A stretch of 64,000 nt of DNA from Chiloscyllium plagiosum (Eukaryota), in the NCBI RefSeq assembly GCF_004010195.1, contig NC_057720.1, positions 6,624,491 through 6,688,490 of the forward strand. The letters run 5' to 3'. Each line of letters begins with the position of its first letter. Within the stretch, counting starts at the first letter, position 1. Both the position numbers and the translations under genes were made by a program. Under the pieces are notes generated by a model. That model was not told where the DNA came from and searched no databases. It saw only the letters and a program-made list of their open reading frames with translations. Of the stretch, positions 1 through 13,545 are shown piece by piece.

Positions 1-443
1 TCATTTGTACAATGAAAGGGGAGTGACCAGTTCTCCCAGCTCAGAATTTTTCTGGTTTGGTTTGGTTGTAGCACAGTTGTATTGTAAAAGTTGCTGGACC
101 CATAGAAGCAGGCCCATGCTGACCTCTCTCTGACTTCTCTCCTGTAAGACCCTGTGTTTGAGTTTACCTTTTGTGCCAAGGGGTGTTTATGGGGATTGTT
201 GCAATTTTTGGGAAAAGTATAATTAAGTTGGAATAATCTGTTCGGTTTTCAGATAGGTTAAGTTATTTTGTATTCTGTACTCTTTTATTTGTGTTTATTT
301 GGGATTTGCAAATAAATTCTGTTTTGTTTAAAACAAAGTGGTTTGACCAGCTCCATCACTCCTGGACTATCCACCTTACACCTGCTTAAAACAACTAGCT
401 TTCTTGAAGGGGGTTTTGAGGGGGTCTGGCCTGGTCCATAACA
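1..443 (+). mobile_element. LTR, 3' part (5' end lies outside the window)
   Basis: Ends ...ggggtctggcctggtccataACA. Contains AATAAA near 311. Several blocks resemble the LTR at 17331-17949 (gtgtttatggg, aaataaa...gtggtttgacca, tttga.ggg..tctgg...cat.aca). Confidence 0.6.
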
Positions 444-1829
444 CTGATGATTGATCATTGTCATTTCACTGATGGAAGGAGCGAGAATCCAAAGCACTGA
501 ACAGATTCAAAGTAATTTGCTTTTGAGGAAATGGCAACAGAAGGAAAACCTTTTGAGGTGGTGAGTGGTTGGGCCCTGACACAGGGGTAGAGGCTGATTC
601 AACTAAGGCTCCCAGGAGAGATAATTATTTCAGAAAGGAAAAACATAAGGAGCTGCGTGGCGAAAGAGAGGGAGTGACATTAGGAGAAATACTGCTTCCA
701 AGAGCTGGTACAGTTATGATAGACTTAATGGCGTCTTCTCATGCTGTCACCACTCTCTGATTCTATGACCGCCCCATGGGAAGTTCCAAATTTCAAATAA
801 CACTTGGACTTACTTTGAATTACGATTAAACTTTGGACGGACAATTTGCATCAGTCCCAAAGCAAGTTACTTAACTGCATTGGCTGTCCTTAAAAGTAGG
901 TCAGTCTTGTATTAGACTCTCTGGTGGCTTTGCCTCCCCTTATCCCTTGCTAACCATCCATCTCCCATGAATCTTGTGTTGGGTAGTTATGCAGTTATAC
1001 AGTGAGGCATCTGATAATCCACAATGTCATTATCAGAATCCATTAGCGACAGTTGCAGTCATATTCAACTCTTAGTTGTTGCAAACATTTTACAATGTCA
1101 GACAAAGGTTCAGAACGAGAAATATTGAAGTCTGAGAGATGCAGTTAGGACTAATCTAACCTGTACGCTCAGGTTTCTGAATATACTCAGGTAAAGGTGA
1201 CCCATATTTGAGACCATCTGTGCCTACAGGAAACATGACTCAGCACAGAAGATGTTCTGTCATTCACAGCAATTACCAGAGAGAATGGAATTTGCTTCTT
1301 AAATAACTTGACTACTCATCTATCTGCCACTGTTTAGGACAGATAGGGATGGAAATTCTAGGCCTTCGATGAGGGAACTGGCAGAATAGACCAGGCGAGC
1401 AGGGAAGATCAAGCACTTGAAAGAGTTGAAGACTGGAGGGGATCGAGGCATGAAGATATCGAAAGGGGAGCACTGGGCTGCCTGAGGTCGGGAACATAGA
1501 CTAAGAGAGGGTAAGGGAGACTAGGGGTAAGGGATTGAGTGAATGGGGGATCTGCAAGAGGGAGGGTAAAATCAGCAAAGGGAAACTATGGCCAGGCATC
1601 AGAAGACAGAGGGAGCAGACATGTAAACGAACCAGGGGTAGAGGGAATTACTTTGAGGAAGGGGGAAGATTGGGAAGCAATGGGAAGTGAGGGGAACAAG
1701 TGAGAGACCAAGTGGCTGGGTGGAGTGAATGAAAGCAGAAGAGTCATTCCAGACTCAAAATGTTATCTCTGTTTCTCTCTCCACAGATGCTGCTGGACCT
1801 GTTGGCTTTCTCCAGCATTGTCTGGGCAT

Positions 1830-2060
1830 GCATTACTGTTCATGCCTAATTGCCCTGGACAGGGAGGGAGTGAGTTGGCTTCTTGAACTGCTGCAGTCCA
1901 TGAGGTATAGGTACCCTGTAAGGAAGGGTATTCCAGGATCTTGACCCAACGGTAATGAAGGAACAGGGATATATTTCCAAGTCAGGCTGGTGAGTGGTTC
2001 AGAGGGGAACTTGCACTGGGTGGTGTTCCCATGTACCTGCTGCCCTATTTGTCTGGCACA
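1830..2060 (-). mobile_element. 3' end of a second CR1/L2-group LINE family (degenerate)
   Basis: Reverse complement matches the tail at 15710-16025 and 39560-40080 (cctaattgccc...ttcttgaactgctgcagtcc). Confidence 0.55.
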
Positions 2061-4667
2061 AATCATCTTAATAAACTAATTGAACAACCCAAAATCATTC
2101 ACAACACAGTAATCCAAATTTATCTGGATGTGTCAGGCAACCAATAGGATACAAATGACAGGAAGTGTGCCCTATTCCATTATTTTTTTCTCCCATTAAG
2201 TTACTATCACACTGCTGTCAGGCATGAAGGCATTCGGAGCCTGGATTTGTAGGCTGGTGTGTATGTGTCTGTGTAGTACATGTATATGTGTACTGTATAC
2301 TTGATGTTTATGTGCACGTCATATGCATTTACTTTGAGTGAATAACATTCTGAACGTTGTCTTCTGTCACAGATAGGAAGCAACATTTAATCAAACTTTT
2401 AAGAAGAGAGAGACAGAAAACCAGCTGGAGTCTGTTTGTGATCTAAGAATAATTCTAGCTTCAGGAGCAAATTACTACAGAGGCTGGAGTCTGTGCTGAA
2501 AACAACAAATGCGGGAGATCACAACAGCTCAGGCAGCAGGTTTATTTGGAAGCACTAGCTTTCAGAGCGCTGCTCCTTCACCCCAGTTCAATACCGGTGT
2601 CTCCAAATCATTCAGATTAAGTGATTGGAACATGAGAATTCTAGCTTCTAATTTGTTTCACTCAGTTGGCTGGGTGGCCAGTTAATGATGAACAATTTTT
2701 AAATTATCATGTGTAAAACACAGTGAAAAACGTTCACTTTATCATGATTCCAGTGCCATTTAGAATAGCTTAAGAATAATAAACAAAGAGAATCCATAAC
2801 CCTTCCACCATCGCTTCATCACTGCCAGCTCCAACCAACGATAAAGTCACTGCTCCTCAGGTGCCATCTTTCACCGCTGGGCGTAGTCTGCGATGTCAGC
2901 TCGGCTGATGTAGCAGCCGATACTGTGTCCCATGCTCATCCCTCTGCCTTGCCTCTGTCGCACTGTCTCCAGCCTCCTTACCACTGTCCACTAGAGTCTC
3001 TCTTCAGCCTCACCAGCCACTGCCCTACCCTGGGCCTCAAGGGAGGCACCTTCTGCTCTCCCGCGGATGCCAGTGCCAACGAGACCGATCTCTCCCCAGA
3101 AGGTAAGGAGAGGCAGAACTACAAAGAGAAAGGAACAAGAAAGAAGAAAAGAAAAGGGAAAAAGTGGACAAGCTGGGTCCTGGGTCCTGGGCACAGGAGC
3201 CCCAAATGCTGCCTACTCCTCTGATGCCAACATGAAGAGAGATGATAACTACCTGGGTTCAATTCCTGCATCGACTGAGGTTATCATGAAGGGCTTTCCC
3301 TCTCAACCTCTCCCCTTTCCCTGAGGAACATTGAGTCCTCTACCAATCTCCTCCCCCCGGTTAAGCCACTATCAGCTGTCTCTCTCTAATGAGAGAGGAG
3401 ACCTTTGGTCTGGTTAGACTATAGCTTTATTACAAAAGACCTCTAGAGTTAGGGGCCAGTGTAAAGCAAACTAGTCTTTAATTGAATTCAGAATGCAACT
3501 TGATGGAAGGTTTCCTGAGGCATGACGGTAGTGTCCTTCCCTTTGAGTCAGGAAGGTTGGGTTCAAGTCCTACTTGTTCCAGAGTCATGCCGTAATAATG
3601 TCTGAATGGCTTATTTAAAATGACCTATAATTGAATGGGAAATGCTTTCAGATGATCTCAAGGGATTGTCTATTTCAAGCTGAACCACTTTAGCCTAATA
3701 ATACACCGTGCTGCCTTTGGATGTGGTAATGCTTCAAGACTGAGCAACATTGTGGGAGGTTAGCAGTTTCCTCAAAGTGGGAAAGACCTGACAGATATGA
3801 AAGTGGATGATAATGGCAATTGCACAAAAGGGGACGAGGATAGAATAGGTAGTGTAAAGACACCTGAACCTGCACTCAAATTCCAGTGATTGGGAGCGTG
3901 ACACGTTGACATTCTCAGACCACCACCCCCAACTCTGTTATGATAGCCTGGCCCACCAAGAGCCACTGACTCAGGCTGAGCAGTACAACACCTTCTGATG
4001 AAGTACCTGGTAGATTATTTTGTTAAGCGACCGAGCTATGGAATGAGGGCGTGTGGATGGAGTTGTAGTACAGCATATAAGTTGTTGAATTGAATGGGGG
4101 AATCAAGCTTGAGGGATGAATGGCCTGCTTCTGTCCCTTTTACTCCTCCCTTCTGATATTGGATCCAGGGCCTCCCTGATCATTGAAAGAATACATAACC
4201 TAAAGAAAAATTAATATTCAACACATTGAAGGAGATGCATTGATCGTTAAAACCTACGTTGCAGCATTTGACAACGGACATTATACTCCCGATGACAATT
4301 GCCAACTGGTAAACATTTATCAACTGGAAATATAACAACCTGCTATGTTATTGAAAAGCTACATGAGGACAGCTGTGCAACTCCAGAGCTAAACCACTAG
4401 GTTAAGACAGACTCGTGACAAAGAATAAAGAGCATCTTATGTGCATGTGCAGCTTTACATTGATTCTCAGGCAAGTGAGTCTCAGAATCAATTTACTTAA
4501 GATTCAGACTTACCACAGGGTGCGATAACTCAAGTTGACCACGAGCAACCAGCCATATAATGAACACCTGATGCACCAGCGGGATAGGTTCTTCTAGGCT
4601 GACGTGTATGCTATGTCAACTGTGGAGTTAAGGTTAATTCAGGACAGATTCAGAAGGTTGTTCTCCA

Positions 4668-5125
4668 TGTAAATAGCAATGAAGACAATGGATGGACCTC
4701 CAACTATAGTGAGGAGGCCTAGAGTGAAGGAACAATTGCTTTCGTAGAAAAAGGTGTGATTATTAATGGGATACAAGGAAACGGAAGAAACTATGAACAA
4801 GTGTTTTGTATCTTTCTTCATTGTAGAAGATACAAAGGGTATCTCAAAGGGAGAGAGTAACAATGAGCATTAAAGTAAATGTACTCAGGAAACTAATTGG
4901 TTTAAAGAAAGACAAATTCCTTGGACATGATGGCCTTCATCCAGGGATTGGCAGGTCAATAGAACACCACTTTTGACAAAAGAAGAACCCAACAAATTAG
5001 TTAACCTAATCTCTGTCATTGCCAAACATAAGAATCCATGGTGAAGGAGGTAAATAAAATCAGGCAGGGTGAACATGGTTTTGTAAAAGGGATGACGTTA
5101 TATGATGAATGTGGTAGATTCCTTG
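4668..5125 (+). mobile_element. Old CR1 ORF2 fragment
   Basis: Degenerate CR1 motifs: cctggacatgatggccttcatccaggga (PGPDGLHPR-like) and catggttttgtaaaaggg (HGF-KG). Confidence 0.6.
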
Positions 5126-5515
5126 ACTACGGTGTTTGAAGGGAACCAATGGGTGGGATTTTCTGATTTTTTTCCCAATTGGGTGTCAGGCATCAGGAGA
5201 CATGAAACACCAGCCATTACCCCCTCCCACCCTCACCTTTCATCATAAATCCCTCACAATCCCCTCCAAGACTTTGGGCCTATCGACATCTAAACGGTCA
5301 CTTGGCCTCACATCATTTCCTGGAACCACAAAATCATATCCTGCCTAAAGTTGCTGACAAATTAGAGGCCAGAGCCAATCATGAGGAGCACCCTACCTCA
5401 GAGACTAAATGTACAGGCGTCACAGCCATTCCAAAGTCCAGGAGTGGTTTGAATGGCTTGCCCGGCATCTTTGGTCAAGGCACAGGGCGATTGGGGTCTG
5501 CCTCCTAATCAACAT

Positions 5516-5814
5516 GGGCGGCATGGTGGCTCAGTGGTTAGCACTGCTGTCTCACAGCGCCAGGGACCCAGGTTTCATTCCAGCCTCTGGCAACTGTCTG
5601 TGTGGAGTTTGCACATTCTCCCCCATATCTGCATGAGTTTCCTCATGCAGTCCAAAGATGTGCAGGTTAGGTGAATTGGCCATGCTAAATTGCCCATAAT
5701 GTTCAGGAATGTGTAGGTTAGGTGCATTAGTAAGGGGTAAATGTAAAGTAATAGAGTAGGGGAATGGGTCTGTGTGGGTTACTCTTCGGAGGATCAGTGT
5801 GGACATGTTGGGCC
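5516..5814 (+). mobile_element. HE1-type V-SINE (tRNA-derived)
   Basis: tRNA-like head ggcggcatggtggctcagtggttagcactgctg...ggtttcattcc, V-domain ggagtttgcacattctcccc...cagtccaaagatgtgcagg, CR1-type tail. Confidence 0.9.
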
Positions 5815-6254
5815 TACCTGCTGTGTGAGTTCACCCCCACTATCCTGACACCGGTTACATCCCATCCCATGCAGAAGTGAAGAGTGCACTTGACGGAAGT
5901 AAAAAATGCTGCAGTCTTGAGACAGAATACCCCAAGGCCTCATTCATCGTAACCATGTGAAAGGTTAATGCACATGATAAGAGCACGTGGTTTTGGAATG
6001 ATTTATCCAAATGGTAGAGGATTGAATAGCTAACAAGTGTTGAGTCGAAATGAGTGGATCATTTTTAGCTCAGCAAACTGCAACTCATGGAGCACCCAAG
6101 GATAAATTTTGGGTCCCCTACTGCATCTGATCAATGTTCATGACATGAATGAAGAAATTGACTGTATTGTGGCCAGATGTGCTGTTGAATTAAGTGCAGA
6201 TCAAAGAAAATTGTGAAAGACACACAAAGAGTTTGCAAAGAACTATCACTGTAT

Positions 6255-6780
6255 TAAAGTTGTCATAGTCAAACCAGGCCATAGGGCTGCACTCTTATAA
6301 GGAAGAGAGGACTGGTTGTGGTTTAACCTAAGGGTCACCAAGCCTCTGGTGAGGGGAAAGGTTGAGAAGGAGAGTCCTTGCCAAAAGGTAGGGAAATTTG
6401 GAAGATTACAACAAATATATCTACTCTCTCTGCAGCCACTCTTTACATTCCCTGGATTAAGGCATCAGGTCCAGGGAATTTGTCTTTCTTTAAACCAATT
6501 AGTTTCCCCGAGTACATTTACTTTAATGCTCATTATTACTCTCTCCCTTTGAGATACCCTTTGTATCTTCTACAATGAAGAAAGATACAAAACACTTGCT
6601 TGTAGTTTCTTCCATTTCCTTGTATCCCATTAATAATCATATCTTTCTCTACTAAAGCAATTGTTCCTTCACTCTTGGCCTTCTCACTATAGCTGGAGGT
6701 CCATCCATTGTCTTCATTGCTATTTACACGGTATCATGATAACCTCAGCCACTGGTGGTGTTACTGTGCATTGCATACCA
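6255..6780 (-). mobile_element. SINE family C, split by an inverted local duplicate (6380-6728)
   Basis: Same family as 3240-3425 (+) and 26380-26590 (-), sharing ggtcacca..cctc...tgaggggaaaggttgagaaggaga. Confidence 0.55.
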
Positions 6781-7534
6781 ATTGGTGAGTATAATGTGGG
6801 AAAATGTGAGATATACTTTGGCAAGATGAATAAAAAGTGCAGATTATTATTTAAGTAGACAGTTGGATTGGATTAGGCTGCTATTCATAGGACTTCAGAA
6901 CAACGAGATGCAATTGTATTGAACCACCGACATTTCGGAGAAGGTTCTGAAAAGGGTAACTGCTGAGAGAATGTGCACCTTCATGGGGCAGTCCAGAACT
7001 AGACGATACAATTTAAAACTTAGTGGTCTCTCCTTCAAGATAGAGATGAGGAGGAATTTCTTCTCTCAAAACACTGACACTTTGTGGAATTCATTGTTAG
7101 CAAGAGAAATGGAGGACGGTTCATTGATTATATCTGAAGATTGAGTTAGACAAATGTTTGATTGACAAGGGAGTTGCAGGAAAATGTTGTTGAGACCACA
7201 ATCAGATCAGCCACAAATCCACAATCTTATTGAATGTCAAAATTGTCTCAATGGGCCAAATGGCCCAGTTTTATTTGTTTTTCGCACAATCTCAGACAGC
7301 ACCTTCCATGGTGACAGTGTGGTACAAAGCCTTGTACAGCCATTAGTAAAGGAAACATGACAGCAATTTGGGCTTAGCAAATAGTAATGACTTGAGAATT
7401 GATGTTTGTAATGTTGGTTGGGTAATAAAGGATAGCCATAACAGTAGGGATATCTCTCCTGTTCTTGATCAAATAGTGCAATGGAAACGTTTAGAAGTGC
7501 CAAACAGTATGTTGACCCAATAACTCACCAAAAA

Positions 7535-7650
7535 GACAGCATCCCCAACAGTACTTTACTGGAGTGTCAGAATTTACACTCTCGAGTTCCTGGAAAGGGT
7601 ATTGAACCTATAACTTTGTGACTCAGAGGTAATGATGTAGCCAACTAATG
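7535..7650 (-). mobile_element. Ancient DeuSINE-like (AmnSINE1/SacSINE1-type) head fragment
   Basis: cagtact...ctggagtgtcag...ttgaaccta.aac.tt.tgactcagagg resembles the antisense DeuSINE 5' region. A matching L2-type tail occurs at about 31415-31490. Confidence 0.45.
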
Positions 7651-9088
7651 GGGTGATGTGATCTGAAATAGTATTCCCTGTAAATACACAGCTACACTAA
7701 CGTTTGGAGGTTCCGCTCATAGCCACGGATACATTAATTGACACTTACCTCCAGTTTCAGAAACCACTGTTTCTGTGGATCTTAGAAACCCACACAGCAT
7801 AAAACAAAATGAGGGGGAAATAGATCTGAACAATATATGTCTCTTGGACATCTCCCACTCACACCCAGACCACCTCCTAGGCTTAGATTTTGATTTCAAC
7901 ATCAGAGAGTCTCTCACAGTGTCCCATGAATAGCAATGAACCAAGTAGTGTCTATTCTGAATTAGACTTTGTGATATTTTGCAGATTGCAATTGGACAAT
8001 GGCATCTCGCTTTTTGTGCTGTGGTAGTTAATGTATGTGTTACAGAATGCTTTTAGCTATTCAAGGAATGGATCTGTGCAATAATAAACATTCAGCCTTA
8101 AGCCTTGACTTTTATTCGATGACTACGAGCTATTTAATGTCTTGTACACTCCAGTTTGTTATTTGTGTTGCTGATTAACCGTTGGCAGTTGGCAAATTGA
8201 CTCTAATGCACTTCCTGGCCATAAGGACTCAAATTTACTAGCACTGTATTCATTAATTACAGAATTTTTTTTCAATTAATCATCATGTTAAGTTTAAACC
8301 TTATGGAACAAGTAGTACATAATACATTTGCTCAATTGGTCTTTGGATTTCAATCACACAAAAAAGTATTCCCTCCAAGTGTTGAAGGAATATGGTTGTT
8401 TAGATCAGACTAGGATTAAGACGGTTGATCATTTCCCTTGCATCGATATGACACTGTTCCCATCCCATGGTGTCTCACAGCTGTTCTCATGTAGAGAAAT
8501 ATCGGGGACTATACACAGCAAGATTCACAGACCAAAGAGACACAAGATCAGAAGAAAAGTATTTTAGGTATTGTAAAGACCGTATCTTTTTATTTTTCTG
8601 TTCTTACTGTGGACTGAAATGGGAAAAGGTGGGTCGAATTGTAAACTGGACCATTCTGAATGAATGCAAATGAGATCATTGCCAGCTGAGACCACAAAAA
8701 ACCAGTAGATCGAAAGCATCATGCTTCATATATCAAACCATAACTTCTATCAACACTGTCTTCGCTTGGGATTTTATGATACCATTCAAGGATAATAGTG
8801 GTAAGTTGTGTGTGAAGTCCGAGGAGATGGGTAAGTGCAAATTGAATATTTTTCTTCAGTATTCACACATGAAAATATCAGTGTTGTCAAGGAGAATACT
8901 GAGATACAGGCTACTAGACTAGACGGGATTGATGTCCTCAAAAATACCGAAGTTAGATTAGAGAGTTTATCACTCTGAAACAGATTATTTGTCCTGACCA
9001 GTTAATTCTGGTTCTTAAGCTCCGTTTGAGTTGCTTCCCATCACCTGTCCAAAGTTGTCCAGGTTTGGTGGATTGGCTAGACTAAATT

Positions 9089-9215
9089 AGGCCAAAGTGA
9101 GTACTTCAGCAGGAATCATGATGAAGGGCTTTTGACCGAAGGGCTTTGCCCGAAAAGTCAATTTTCCTGCACCTCGGGTGCTGCCTAACCTGCTGTGCTT
9201 TTCCAGCACCACTCT
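9089..9215 (+). mobile_element. PLE-derived ribozyme cassette (family A) inserted in an HE1 SINE tail
   Basis: Flanked by a 9-bp direct repeat gactaaatt (9080-9088, 9216-9224). Carries a degenerate tgatgaagggc...gcccgaaaagtc. Confidence 0.75.
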
Positions 9216-9794
9216 GACTAAATTGCCCATCATGTCCAGGGCTGTCCAGATTGGGTAGATTAACCATGAGAAATGCAGGGCTACAGGGATAGAATAGGAG
9301 GTTTGGGTGGGATGCTGTGCAGAAGTCGGCGTAGACTCGATGGGCTGAATGGCCTGCTTCCACATTGTAGGGATTCTATGATTCTATAATCCCTCAGCCA
9401 AATCTATCAGTGTGTCCTTCATTGGGATATCCCGCCTTTCTTAAAATGCATCTGTAACAATCACATCAACCATTCTTGATGAGATCCATATGCACCACTC
9501 TCTGGGCAAAGGAATTTCCACATGGGACTTTTTGGTGACCATCCCGTATTGTAAGTGATGGTTCATTTGGTGGAACAGGTTATTAGGTTCTGACACTGGG
9601 GCTGGGGAGCCCAAGTGGGGTTGTGTGCTGAAACGTTGGAGTCCTGAGCTCTGGAGTAGCTATGGCCTTTGTGGGAGTGTGACCGGGCTGTATTAACAGA
9701 GTTCCCTCTCTAACAGTTACCCCAGGGTCTCCACCCCCACCTACTCCCTCAGTCCTCACTGCTGGGCCACAATAATTTTCAAACATTTTGGGCC

Positions 9795-10303
9795 CCATAC
9801 CTCAGAAAGAATATGCTGACCGTGGAGAAGATCCAGAGGAGGTTGACAAGAATAATCCCAGAGATGAAAGGGTTGTAATAAGAGGAGCAGTTGAGGACTC
9901 TGAATCTGCACTCAATGTTGTTTAGAAGGATAAGGGGGCATCTGATTGAAGTTTACAGAATATTGAAAGGTGTGGATAAAGTGGGTGTGGACAGGATGTT
10001 TCCACTTTTGGAGAGACAAGGGCAGAGGGCACAACCTCAGAGTGAAGTAACAAGCTTTTAGAACTGAGATGAGGAGGAATTTCCTCAGTCAGAGGATGGG
10101 GAATCTGTGGAACTCATTGTTACAGAGTGCTGTGGAAGCCAAGTCATTGAGTGTCTTTAAGACAGAGGTAGATAGGTTCTTGATTAGTCAGGGGATCAAG
10201 GGTTACAGGGAGAAGGGCGGGGTTGAGAAACATATCAGCCATGATCGAAAGGTGGACCACGCATGATGGGCCAAGTGGCCTAATTCTGCTCCCATATGTT
10301 ATG
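9795..10303 (+). mobile_element. CR1/HER1-type LINE 3' end
   Basis: ORF remnant RRNFLSQRMGNLWNSL...FKTEVDRFL followed by the typical 3' UTR. Confidence 0.85.
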
Positions 10304-10577
10304 GAGTAGAGTTGTGGATGCCGCATTTTGGAAACAATGTGAATGTATTGAAGAGAAAACAGAAGCAATTTAAAATAAGGATTCCAGGATTTAGAAACTT
10401 CAGCCCTGAGGCTCGAAATTGGGATTATTCTTCTTAGAGAGAACAAAGCTGAAAGGATATTTGATGGAGGTTTTCAAAATTATGATTTGGAGATGCTGGT
10501 ATTGGACTAGGGTGTACAAAGTTAAAAAAAAATCACACAATGCCAGGCTATAGTTCAACAGTTTTATTTGGAAGCAC

Positions 10578-10606
10578 TAGCTTTCGGAGCGCTGCTCCTT
10601 CATCAG
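10578..10606 (-). ncRNA. Minimal type-I hammerhead ribozyme motif, family B, intact core
   Basis: Minus strand: cac-CUGAUGA-a-GGAGC-agc-GCUCC-GAAA-gc-UA-gug. Stem I cac/gug, 5-bp stem II, palindromic AGCU in place of stem III. Confidence 0.8.
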
Positions 10607-10911
10607 GTGGTTGTGGAGGATAAGATTGTAATTTATAGCAAAAGTTTACAGTCTCACACAGGGAAGCTAATACCTTCAATACCTCATCTGGGCTGACATG
10701 ACACCCGTTGTTAAAGGTCACTTGAGAATGTAACTTTTAAAAAAAGTTTTGGAATTTACATATGAAAGAACTGAAACCAACATGGTCATTCTAAAAGATG
10801 AGAGACTTAACAAACAATCCAGGTCTTTTTCAAATGTATACTTTCAGTTGCATCACACTATAAACTTTTGCTATAAATTCTGTGTCTTACAATCTTATTC
10901 TCCACAACCAC

Positions 10912-10940
10912 CTGATGAAGGAGCAGCGCTCTGAAAGCTA
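10912..10940 (+). ncRNA. Minimal hammerhead motif, family B
   Basis: CUGAUGA-a-GGAGC-agc-GCUCU-GAAA-gc-UA. The stem II closing pair has become G-U. Confidence 0.7.
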
Positions 10941-12127
10941 GTGCTTCCAATTAAACCTGTTGGACCAGGACCTGGTGTTGTGTGATTTTTAACTTCAAAC
11001 TCATGAGCAGATTCCGCAGAGTAGATCGGGAGATATGCTATTCCCACTCGTAAAAGGAAAAGGAACAAGAGAACATAGATTGAGAGAGATGTGCAAATGA
11101 AGCAAGGGTGATGTGAGAAAAAACACTTTATCACCCGGTGAGTAGTTAGGGTGTGGAGGGCACTGTCTGGAAATATGGTGGCGGCAGGTTCAATTGAGGC
11201 ATTCAAGAGGGGCATTGGATGGTTATTTGGATAGAAATGATGTGCAGGGAAAGGCAGGAGATTGGCACTGGGTAATGGGTCCATAATGGGCAAATGGCCT
11301 CACTCTGCTCTGTAAACATTCTGAGATTCTGTGATACACAGTAGCAGAAAGCTTGGGAAGCACTGCATTGAGGGGAATGATTTCATCATGGAATCGCAGA
11401 ATCTTGGAGTAGAGAAGCAGATTGTTGTTTGAAAGATCTCTCTCATTTAATTCCAGCTCTTTTCAGCTATTCACTCATGGATCGTGAACATCACTGACAA
11501 GACCTGAACAAAGATCTGCAAATGCCAGACGTCTGAAACTGACATTGTTGCAGAAACTCAGCAGGTCTGGCAGAATCTGTGGAGAGAGAGAAACAGAGTT
11601 GAGTTCAGTATTCTGAAGCAGCGTCCCTGGACTTGAAATGAAAACTCTGCTTTCTCTCCACAGGTTTTACCAGCAATTTCTGTGTGTTACTGTGTAGATC
11701 AGCTTATGTTGCCCGTAATAATAATTTCTCTTGAAGTGAGTGACTTGCAAAGCTATTTCAGACTCAACCATAGTGCTGCATTTCCTGAGGCACATCCAGC
11801 TGTTATTTAACAGTGAATCCTAACCCTTTCCAGAGACAGTTCTTCATATCCTGACAGTGGGATCTTATCTTGTCAACTCTTTCGGGTGTAAACTGCCTTT
11901 GACAAACAACCAAGATCAGGTAACGAGGTTAGCTGAGACCAGCTTTCAACAACAGATTTTATGAATTGAGTTTAAATTTCACCATCTGCTGAGGTGGGGT
12001 TTGAACCCATGACCCTAAAGAATTAGTTTGGCCTTCCAGATTACTAGACCAGTGACATCATCGCTGCACAAACCTCCCCAATTTCTTTTTTGAAAATTCC
12101 TGTGAAATCTGATTTTGCCTTTTGTTC

Positions 12128-12460
12128 ATAGAATCCTTACAGTGTGCAAACAGGCTATTTGGCCCAATAAGCCCACACCAACCCTCCGAAGAGTATCCCA
12201 CCCAGACCAATTCCCCTACCCTCTTGCTCTACATTTCCTCTGACTAATGCACCTAACCTACACATACCTGAACACCAGGAGCAATTTAGCATGGCCAATT
12301 CACCTAACCTGCACGTTTTTGTGTGCTGTGGGAGGAATCCCATGCACAGTCAGGGCAAATGTGCAAATTCCACACAGACAGTCGTCTGAGGGTGGAATCG
12401 AACCCAGGTCCCTGGCATTGTGAGGCTGCGGTGCTAACCACTGAAGCACCATACCACCGT
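12128..12460 (-). mobile_element. HE1-type V-SINE
   Basis: Antisense head gtgctaaccactga, B-box ggaatcgaaccc, V-domain and tail present. Confidence 0.9.
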
Positions 12461-13182
12461 TCATCCTGAGCCCTAATCTCTGTGCAAGTGAATCTTCTCC
12501 CATTTTCTCCTCGGATCTTCTTGCCAGTTATCTTAAAGCTCTGGTTGATGAAGGGAAGATTTTCCTGCCATTTGCTTTGTCAAACCTCTCGTAATTTTAA
12601 ATTTCTTTTTTAGATCTCCCGCTACCTTCTCTGCTTCAGTAAGAACACATGCAGCTCCTCCAATCTCTCTCACATAGCTGAACTTCTCCCTCTTTGGTTT
12701 CATCCTCTTCAATCTCCATTTGTCAAGTGCCTTTCCAAAACTGCAGTTGCACAGGAACATAGAAACAGGAATACGCCTTCCAGCCCCTCGAGACTGTTCC
12801 ACCTTTCAACAAGATCATGGCTGATCTGCTGCCTACCTCCATATAACTGCCTTTATTCCATATCCAAAAAAATGCATCTATCTCAGATTTAAAATTAACA
12901 ACATGTCTAGCATCCCTTGCTATTTGTGGAAGAGAGTTTCAAACCTGTGTCAATGTTGGAGTGCTCCCTAACATCTCTCCTAAACAATCTGGCCGTAATT
13001 CTCAGTCTAGTACTAGTATCCGAACCAGTGGAAATAGTTTATCCAGATCTACCCTCTCTACTCCTGTTAATGCCTTGAGGGGCAGATCCCTGAATTTCAC
13101 GCATTACTCCAACTGAGGCCTGACCAATGGCTTTCAGATTGCATGATTTATTTTGTGTTCAATGCCCCCTATTTACAAAGTT

Positions 13183-13545
13183 ATTGAATTGAATTGAATT
13201 TATTGTCACATGTACTGAGGCACAGTGAAAAGCTTTGTCTTGAGAGCAATACAGGTAGATGACAGAGTTAAGTTGCATAGATAGTAAACAGTATATAAAC
13301 AGCGGCAAAAACAAAAACACAGGTACAGGCGAATGTTAAGAGTTTGTCAGTTCATTCAGTATTCTAACAACAGGAGGGTAGAAACTGTTTCAAAACCGGC
13401 TGGTGCGTGTGTTCAGGCTTCTGTACCTTCTCCCCGATGGTAGAGGTTGTAGAGAAACATTGCCAGGATGGGATGGATATTGAGAATGCTGGTGGTCTTT
13501 CCTTGACAGCGGGCCTGGTAGATGGATTCTATAAATGGGAGGTTG
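13183..13545 (-). mobile_element. Rex1/Babar-like LINE 3' end
   Basis: (attga)n tail. Related to 19655-20175 and 59047-59860, which carry the ITAWYGNC-type motif. Confidence 0.6.

Larger units (their letters stand above)
10486..10993. mobile_element. Fold-back PLE-derived element, family B (two inverted ribozyme-bearing arms)
   Basis: Arms at about 10520-10650 and 10860-10993 are reverse complements. Imperfect TSD ttcaaaattatga / ttcaaactcatga. Inserted in a CR1 fragment. Confidence 0.85.

Noticed and set aside
2925..3324. 99-aa and 85-aa ORFs with Lys/Arg-rich stretches
   Set aside because: The basic stretch comes from a purine-rich low-complexity tract. There is no recognisable domain, and it is probably part of an unidentified repeat.
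5516..5590. tRNA genes at SINE heads
   Set aside because: A/B boxes run directly into the V-domain or SINE body, with no intact cloverleaf or terminator.
8328..8567. Possible coding exon (79-aa ORF)
   Set aside because: No recognisable protein similarity and weak splice signals. Kept only as part of a repeat-poor island.
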